Origin: Bigelowiella natans CCMP2755
Lineage: Eukaryota; Protista; Cercozoa
DNA length: 60,061 nucleotides
Reading direction: 5' to 3'
Assembly (NCBI GenBank): GCA_000320545.1
Contig: ADNK01000994.1
Coordinates: 1-60,061 of the forward strand
Part shown: positions 51,791 to 60,061 of the stretch, piece by piece
How positions within the stretch are numbered: position 1 is the stretch's first letter
Layout of the letters: every line of letters starts with the position of its first letter
The notes under the pieces: generated by a model
What the model was told of the DNA's origin: nothing
The model's input: only the letters and a program-made list of their open reading frames with translations
Database searches by the model: none
Made by a program: the position numbers and the translations under genes

Positions 51791-52926
51791 CTGTTCATCA
51801 ACAAGAAAACAAATTTATTTCAAAACTTGTCAAAAGTCTTATTGCTTGATTGATTGCTGCCAAGTGCATCATTCACATGCACTGCTGCGTGTGTGGCAGG
51901 CGCATGCTAGCATGCACGTCCAGAGCTAGACGACTATTTTTGCATGGTGTCCGTCGAAATGGACAAAACTGACGATGTCGACATGCAATGACTCGTCTGT
52001 CAATGCCATGCGACAATGCATGAGATGCTGACACGACAATGAAAAACAAAGACGCAAAGCTGTTGGATGAATGCAGCATGTGCACAGCTCCGTCAAACCT
52101 GCAACGAATCGCCAGAACGTGCATTTGGAAGCTTTTGCGCGCGACCAAGCGCGTTGTGTGATGTGATGGACATTGGATTTGCTCGCATTTCTTGAAATTT
52201 TTCGTGCACATCACACTTGGTCAAACACACGCGCAAAAGCATTCAAAATGTGGCAGAGAAGAACAAACGCGCAGCGTGCATCCTCTGCACAACGGGTGTG
52301 AATTTTCACACTTCACGCGCTCACTGAGGCCTTGAAAATGGACATTTGGGTCAACGTTTCGGTCATTTTTTGAGGTTTGGCCATCGGACAAGTTCTGATG
52401 ACTTTCCTTTGACTAACTGCAACTGCCTGCTGCTTCAAAGCTCGTCGCAAAGCGCTGCACTGTTCACAACCCCGTCGTCACCGGGTTTGACGGAGCTGTG
52501 TGAGCTTTGTCATTTTTCTTGGCGTGACGACCCATGTTCCTACTTGCAAACGCATGCTTCTGTGGAACCGCTTCATGCATTCATTCATGCGGAACGCTAC
52601 CACAATCTGCGTGCGTGCAGGCTAGCTAGCTAGCCAGAGCACGTAGCATTGTGCGCCCTGGATTGTCTGCTACGAAGCTAGCAGCGAAGCACCAGCAGTC
52701 TAGCAGTGCTAGAATGGCGCCAGAAATTTTCTCACAATGATGGGACATCGCTCTGTATGTCCATGTTCAGATGAGCTGCTGACGCATGCGAATCCCTGTT
52801 GGGAGGACTGAACCTCGAGTGGTGCGTTTGCGTCCGACGAATGACACGCACACGCACCACCGTGTTGTCAGGCTGCCTTCACTGTGGAACAACATGCTTT
52901 CAACCATATAACCACGGTGTTCCAAG

Positions 52927-55900
52927 TCAACTAGGAAAGCGAGATTCATCGATTTGGGCCACCGCCTTCTTTGCCAGTGCGGCTGTTTTACATGCCGCAG
53001 ATGCCTGGGCTTGTGCTGCATTGGACACGCTCGTAAATATTTTCTTCCCTATCTCCCGTCCTTGGTCCTGTGCTTCCTTGGAATCGTTTAATAAGCACAT
53101 AGGTGCTCCAAACTTCCCAGACACTGCGCTACCTTTGCCCATAAACAGAACGCCATGTCCCGCAGGCTCACCATTCTTTACTTCCCCGTCGAAATTGTAT
53201 GGCGTCGCAAGATGGGAGATCTTCCCTGGAAAGAATATCTGTCCGAGGCCGTTCGGCCGCCCGTTCTGGTGCTCACCGAAGTACCTGGCAAACCACCAAT
53301 CGGAGTGTTACATACACAAAGCAAAATTCGAAGTGCTGCGGTTCAGGCATTGTGACTCATTGTCAGTGAATATCAAAGTTTGTTGTGATGATCGTAACTC
53401 AGTTCCATCTGGGGAGGAAAAGCGGCCTAGGCCCCCTGGCCGGTTATTGCGGAACTTTCCCGCGTATATAAACCCGTTTGGGTTTGTGTACATGCCTTCA
53501 TCGAATTCTCCGTCCTTGAAACTTCCAAAGAAACGATCGCCCATCGCATTTTCCCAGTGTCCAAGCCCTTGTGCGCGGCCTTGTGAGTCCTTTTCTGTGG
53601 TCGTTGTCTGTGGCAAGCCATTCCGCAAACGTGCGGACATATCGTAGACTCGCAACCACCTGGCATTACATCGAGAACGGTTGTCATCGGTAACTATGAA
53701 AAACCACTTGATCACCACTCAGACACGTATGCACACATACGTCCACATATACAAATGAGCTGATTTCAAAGTCGATAACTTTGCCAAGTTTTGAACTAAC
53801 ACAAATTATGTAGTGCGTGCGCGGATGCGCGTTGTTTGTGTAAGGTCTCTGTTATCCTGCTGTACGCACCGAAATAATAGATGACCGCCGTGTTTCTTAA
53901 CGTTTGCCATTGCCGAGAGATGCAATTGCACTTCGCACAAGTGGCTGTCTATCCTCACATTCACTAAAACATCCCTGAACAACACATTCTGATGAAATCT
54001 ACACATGCAGAGCGTAACAATTAGAAGGAATTCGTGTACATACACAGGGAGATAGAGACTATGTGAGGCGGAGGAAGACCAAAAGATATTATTTATCATA
54101 TTGATTATATTAAATATGAAACAGAGAATTATAATGTATAGCTTGCCTGTAGCCGCCATCGGCCGGCTTCGAAATTCGATCCTTGATCCTCTCAACTTCC
54201 GCGTTTTTGAGTAACCATGTAATCGCATTGGCTACTTCCTCGCATGTATCGAATACTATCGAGCAGCGCGCGACATCTGTGAGCTTTGCCATCCGTCCAT
54301 ATTTTTCGTACACCTACAAACATACCACCGCCGAGTAAGACAGCCATTTTTACATCGAAACTGAAATCATAGAGTAGCGATGACACTTTTACAGGAACAT
54401 CAAGTTCATGTCCTGGGCATAATGCAATGCAATGTTTTTGGTGAGTGCGACTAGCCACGATACCACGAAAAAGTTGCAAGTTATTCGTGATATCGTGGCT
54501 GGCCGCACACATTAATAAAAAATTAACCATACATAAAATAATACATTCTGAAGTCAAATTTGATCATCACATGTTTCGTAAAAAATGGTCAGCCCTACTG
54601 TAGAAAAAATCCACGCGACTGTTAGTTGGCATTACCTTCCTGAGATAGCGTAATGGTTTCTTAATTGACCACTGTACTGCTGTGCCCTTCATTAGACCTC
54701 TTACGGACGCAGCGCACTTACAGGCCAGAACGAACAGAGGCCCAGTCGCTACCAGCGCTTGCTCATATCTATGATTTATAATAGACAGTAAGTGATTGAC
54801 GTTAACAACACTACCAATTCACCAAATCATCATCGAGTTATATATCTCAGCAGCGTCATGGCTTGAAGTATTACAGTTGGAGGGTTTGCGCGGCAACGTG
54901 CTCCGGCATCATGAGCTTGACGTCTGCGAAGGCCCAGCCGCTGTACTTAAAATGCACGCCAGCACCGTTACCCCCCTTTTTCTTAAATGTACATTTCGAA
55001 GCGGCTTCCGAGACTAAGCTTGGACCTTTTTCATGATCCGAAATTACCTCCCACGCCTGTGTGTATTTGGCCTTCGATTCGGCCTTCGCAGCCTCAATTC
55101 GGGGTTCTACAGAACTCCAGCTGAAAGGCCGAACAGTCCCTGCATCATCCGTAAGACGATAAGTTGTGTCACCGTTAAGCATCATATCTTCTGGTGTCGT
55201 AAATCGGGGATCTACATCTTTCCACTTGCGCGAGCTTGGCGCTTGATCAAGCCTCACTTTCTCCCACTGGGCGAAAGCACCAGAGTCAGAAAAACCACGA
55301 AGCTTGCCGAGGAGATTTCGGTGGAATCTATCTGGGCGGGAAGGCCCATAAAATTCGCACGGGATAACCCGTCCCGTGCCCCGCAGCGACGAGATCGCCA
55401 TGCGAAGAGCCACCCACTGTTCGTACCTTCGTGGTCATAACAAAAGGCAGGAACAACAGTTACAAGGCACGTCTCATTTTATGACTTGAGCCGCATAGCT
55501 ACGCATCCTGCAAATAATCACATAAACCATCAAAGAGAATTACGCTTTCGATGTCTTGGCATTAAGCTTTGTCCAGGCTACATGATCCGAAGGAAAATTC
55601 CAAAACATTGCAGTTGGCTCAAATTTTGAGGGCGGAAGGCCTGCAACTTCCGTCAGTTTGCGCTCCATTTGCCTGCTGAGATTACGCGCAGCCTCGATTC
55701 CAAATTTAACCTGTATATTATCTGCAAATGTCTGCAAGCTTGGCGTGCCTCGAGTGACATTGGCAAGCTCATTTCCAAGCTTTTCGAGCTGTTCGGGTGC
55801 TTTGTCGCGGTAAATCTCCTCCATGCAAACTTTGAGTCGGGTATAGTTGAACATCGGGATCTCAATTTTCGTATGATACTTCCCGTAAAGTTGTTTGATT

Positions 55901-56304
55901 AATGCAGCAAGATGGCCCTGTCCACCGCTCCTAATCATTTCCATGTATTGTGGCACACGGTCTCTAATTGAAGGCTCAAGGCAGAGCAACACGGCTCGGA
56001 GCTGCATTTCAAACTCCCCAAAGTCGAGTGCCCACTGAGCTTTCGCTGATGTCCCTCCTTTTTCTTCCGCAACAATCTTTCCATCTTGAATAACCTCGCC
56101 CCTGAGCACAGGAGGGGCGAACACCTCGAAGCCAGGAATATCCGTCGTTTCGATGTATCCCATAGCTACATTCTCAGGTGTAGCACTAGCTCCACTCGCC
56201 ATTTTACCGTCTACTATTTGAGGTTTAGAGGAGTTTTGTCCTTCTCCAACTTCTCCTCCTCCTCCTCGCTTTTCTCCTCCATTTGCGCTAGCCGAGCACC
56301 CCAT
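52927..56304 (-). CDS. Predicted N-acylated protein with RelA/SpoT-like nucleotidyltransferase domain and C-terminal MORN repeats (7 exons)
   Basis: Start MGCSAS; WSIKKPLRYLRK|VYEKYGRMAKLTDVARCSIVF...RIKDRISKPADGGYR|DVLVNVRIDSHLCEVQLH...GHLLFR|WLR; MORN-like FFGSFKDGEFDEG, IYAGKFRNNRPGGLG, YFGEHQNGRPNGLG and FDGEVKNGEPAGHG. Confidence 0.8.
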
Positions 56305-56568
56305 TCTGAATCGAATCTGTTCCGTGCTCTGTGCCCCAGACTTGGCTAATAAGATTAGATTCCAACTGGCTGGTAACGTTCGACACACGGAAGGCTCGGC
56401 ATCTAAACAAAAATGATCTGCATTTAGACTCGACGACAGGTGATTTTCGTTGTTCGAGAATCACCCTCAAATTCCTCCTGCGACAAGGAGAATGCAGCTG
56501 TCTTTCAAAGGCATGCGGGCGCATCCTTTGGGCACAAAAACAGGGCAAATGAAGCGTCCACAAAATCC
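56305..56568. promoter_or_regulatory. Putative bidirectional promoter region
   Basis: Only 264 bp separate the divergent ATGs at 56304 (-) and 56569 (+). Confidence 0.55.
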
Positions 56569-57901
56569 ATGTCGCCGTTGTGCGCCATCGCCGTTACCCT
56601 CCTCGTCTCCGCCTTCGCTAGGCCTTCCGCCTCGAATGGTTGGGTAGCCCACAGCAGGGGATCCGAATCTCAATGGAAGAGGGTGGAGGCCCTGCCAACC
56701 CCGCGAGACACCCTCTCTTTAGTCACCCTGCCAGACGGCACAGTGTTGGCTTTGGGGGGCACAGAAAGCGGGAGCAATGAAATCTCTGATGCCGCAGAGC
56801 GTTACTTCCCAGGAAATAACACTTGGGTCGCCGTTCCCGCAATGCCATCTCCACGGGAAAACTTTGGAGCAGCGTACTATGATGGCAAGGTTTTTTGTGT
56901 AGGCGGGTGGGGGCCTACGCCGTCGACTCCGACATCGTCCGTAGATGTTCTGGACGTGGCCACATGGACTTGGTCAAGGGTAGATCGCCACCTTCAACAC
57001 TGACCCATCTCATACTTAAGTAACGATTGCATGTGCATGATGTGTCAGGGCCCTCCCCTTCCCACAACAAGGGCAGGCACGAGAGCTGTCGGTGTTAAAT
57101 CCGGGGTCCTCGTAGTAGGAGGGTTCACTGAGCCTTTCAGCAACACTTCCTACCACAAAGACACCTTGTTGCTCTCGAATGCAAGTGGGAATTGGAAGCA
57201 AACCAAGACAGGCCTGCATCATAGACGAAGCAATATTGGCCTGACTGCATCATTGACAACCGGAAAGGCCTATGCAGTGGGAGGAGGCGAGGTTCATGCA
57301 GGGTACAACACCTCTGAGGCGTTCGATCCCAGCACCGAAGAATGGGAGCCTGTTGGGCAGCTGCAGGTTGCTAGAAGTTACGAAGGACTGGCGCCTGTCA
57401 CTATCGACGGAGAAGAATACATTTACTCAATCGGCGGAATGACGGAGGTTCTTCACAGCGGCTACACCTGCTTCTTTTTTCATGTTCTCTTCCCAACTAA
57501 AGTCTGGGAAATGCATTTCCTCATACCTCTTCTTGTTTTCTTTTTGTCATATCAGGTTCCCCTATTTGACCCAACAAACTCGGTTGAGAGGCTATCCGTG
57601 AGCTCGGGCAAATGGGAAGAGGCGGAGTCTCTCCCTGTAGCCAGAGGCGGGCTTGCCGCAACAACGATCGTCAAGGGAACCTCGATATTGGTCGTCGGTG
57701 GAGAGTATTCATTTGTCTTGTCGCCCTAGCCATGTAGAATTTGGGGGTGTATGTGTGCGTTATGTTCAGGAGCAACGCCCTTACTATTTATTTCTCTTTC
57801 TGGTGCATGCTACGTCGCAGAGCATCACTAAGTTGATTACACATTTCCCCCATCTTGCCTTTTATATCACCGCCACGATTACACAGCCAGTGCGTGCCTA
57901 A
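56569..57901 (+). CDS. Secreted Kelch-repeat beta-propeller protein
   Basis: Signal peptide MSPLCAIAVTLLVSAFA; six Kelch blades with GG and downstream Y/W (VLALGG..ERYFPGNNTW, VFCVGG..TWTW, LVVGG..GNW, YAVGG..TEEW, YSIGG..SGKW, LVVGG). 3' end uncertain. Confidence 0.9.
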
Positions 57902-58066
57902 TGACATAATGTATGAAAGGCTGGTATGTCTAGATGTGGTGCATCGTGTCAAGTCTAGATAGTGGTGCGAAAAAGCTTGCATAGAAACACATGAGAGAAG
58001 CATCATTTTTATCATAGCTATATGTACTTTTGCAAACATGAACGACACAAATCGCAGAAACTAACA

Positions 58067-58116
<50 letters not shown>

Positions 58117-58803
58117 TACTGAAGAGCAATTTTGCGCGGCTACATTATAGGATGCCAATTGAAAAATATAATCATTTCATCGACCACAACCGTCTCCCAT
58201 CATATCCACACCATAAGCTAACAAGGTTAGCTTGCTAGCTTAGATGGAAAGCGAGCTTTAAGCATATCAGCAACGCTCGCGCCGTCCGATCCGTGTGTCT
58301 AGCAGATGTCCTTTATTGCTGTGAACGAAATGCTTCCATTTTGACCGATTCTTATTGCATATAAGCTCATCGATCATGGTCATTTATTGCATCCAGCGCC
58401 GAGAACTCTACCGGCTTGGCGGCTGCACGTGCTACCACTCACGTCGGACACAAGCTAGCTAGCTAGCAAGATGCGGGCATGCGCTGCATGTGGATAGCTG
58501 GATAAGCATATTGCTTACATTCATCGACGTACAAAAAATATTATAGGCCGCGGTTCAATCCATCGTATTATATGACAGCAAGCGGCACTGCATGCTGCAT
58601 ACATATGAGACGTACATCTTATTATAGATGCAACCATGGCGTTGTGCTCGTCGTATTTATTCGATTTGGATCGCACAGTTCATCTCTCCGCTGCTGACAC
58701 GCGTACGATGTCTATAGCTGCTGCAGTTATGCACGCTCTACAAGGCTTAAATAACCGATACGTTCCTCCAAGCTCACCACCACCAAAGCTAGTTGCGAAG
58801 AGC

Positions 58804-59111
58804 CTACAGCTGCAAATCTTGGATGCTGATTTCTTTCGAATTTCGCATTATAAACTCCTTTCTCGGGGCCACCTGCACATTCACAGATCACGACCGCGTC
58901 ACAAAAATGGAAGACACACGTGCCAAGGTCTCCTTTCTTCCTTTTTATGTTTATGGAGGCGATGGCTGTTATGCAAGATTCCGTGAAAACTACACCTTAT
59001 CTCCCATGAGCAACGAGAATACTTGATCAGCCTCGGCAAGATCCCTGACAGTGACCTACGGAGAACCAAGAAACGACATTATACATCATTGCGATCCCCG
59101 CAATCCCTATA

Positions 59112-59171
<60 letters not shown>

Positions 59172-59194
59172 TTATCCACTTCAATTTATTGCGC

Positions 59195-59235
<41 letters not shown>

Positions 59236-59615
59236 CATATATTTCAATGCGATTCACTCTAGGTCATGTTAAGTATTTTTTGCAGATTGAATTCTGTCCA
59301 ACCCTCCCCCTCCCCCTCCCCCTTCGTTACCTTCTGCAGTCTGCGCGTTTTGGGATCCATTGTGGTCTCCCATAGCTGTCGCGGCATCATCTCACCCAGC
59401 CCCTTAAAACGCTGCACCTAGCAAGTAAGACAGAGATTATCACCGACAATTGATACGACTCCTCCTCCTCCTCCTCCTCCTCTTCCTCCTTCTCTTCCTA
59501 CTACTGCTACTACTATTACTACTACTACTACTACTTCAATCGGTTTGGATGATCTCCGTCCCTTCATCGCCTCCTCTCTCGCCTGCTCAAGGCCTTCCTC
59601 GTCCCATGTGTACAC
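58804..59615 (-). CDS. gyrB: 3' exons of organellar DNA gyrase subunit B (5' part outside the window)
   Basis: [29 protein letters not shown]|[20 protein letters not shown]|[22 protein letters not shown] is the canonical GyrB C-terminal tail. Confidence 0.96.
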
Positions 59616-60061
59616 CTGGTAAGTGATGAAGAAGATGGTGCTGCTGCTGATTGCTGATGATGATGATAGGACATGGCGGTTTACAACGAGGAATTAGCAT
59701 TTGGAGTTAAATGCACTAGTCCCAAAAGAGGGGGGGGGGGGGGGGGGGCGCTTGCTCTGCATCTGCTGATGTCCATCTTTGTGGGACAACACAGGCTTTG
59801 AAAATTGAAAGAGCCAAGACAAATTGATTTTCATGAAGTGTGGCGAAACTCTCGTTGAATGCATGTGCGATGCGAAATACCTTCATCAACTCAACATGTT
59901 GATATTTTTGGACTTTTTACAATCACGGCGTAAGAATGGGGCGATTTTCTGCTCGCAATGGTACTGTGCAATATGGAAGACAATGCTGATGGTGCTCCAG
60001 CTGTGCTGCTTTAGCGAGCCTCCTGATTTTCGTCTGTTGTACTGGCTTTCTTACTTCATGA

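Noticed and set aside
51842-52620. ADAR-edited RNA retro-copied into the genome as the cause
   Set aside because: ADARs favour UAG, which is the context that survives here, and both TG and CA products appear. Not formally excluded but a poor fit.
52799-53647. 282-aa plus-strand ORF
   Set aside because: Antisense to the MORN-repeat exons.
24745-59615. Bacterial contamination or recent HGT suggested by prfA, gyrB and GH78
   Set aside because: All are interrupted by many spliceosomal introns; prfA and GH78 also show targeting peptides. These are ordinary nucleus-encoded genes.

Overview
Eukaryotic nuclear DNA, dense in GT-AG introns and microsatellites, most likely from a chlorarachniophyte alga (Bigelowiella-like). 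That placement is an inference from a PsbP-domain protein PPD5 with a signal-peptide-led presequence, plus organellar gyrB and RF1. About 18 genes plus 2 probable pseudogenes can be assembled by eye: MTA/SAH nucleosidase, SET protein, PPD5, a 77-aa-repeat coiled-coil protein, organellar RF1, a TLC-domain protein, GH78 alpha-L-rhamnosidase, a UCP-like mitochondrial carrier, a glyoxylate-reductase-like dehydrogenase, a TVP15/COPI-associated protein, a RelA/SpoT-like + MORN protein, a secreted Kelch protein, the gyrB 3' end and several hypotheticals. Three things stand out. (1) Discrete tracts, almost all between convergent gene 3' ends, have nearly lost the dinucleotide TpA, apparently converted to TpG/CpA, with CTA/TAG spared. 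This looks like a targeted A:T>G:C hypermutation ('reverse-RIP') acting on a dispersed repeat family and on dead genes. (2) Gene orientation alternates almost strictly head-to-head / tail-to-tail. (3) One gene encodes a predicted lipid-anchored protein fusing a RelA/SpoT-type nucleotidyltransferase domain to MORN repeats. Exon structures and counts were done by eye, so the ends of hypothetical genes are approximate.
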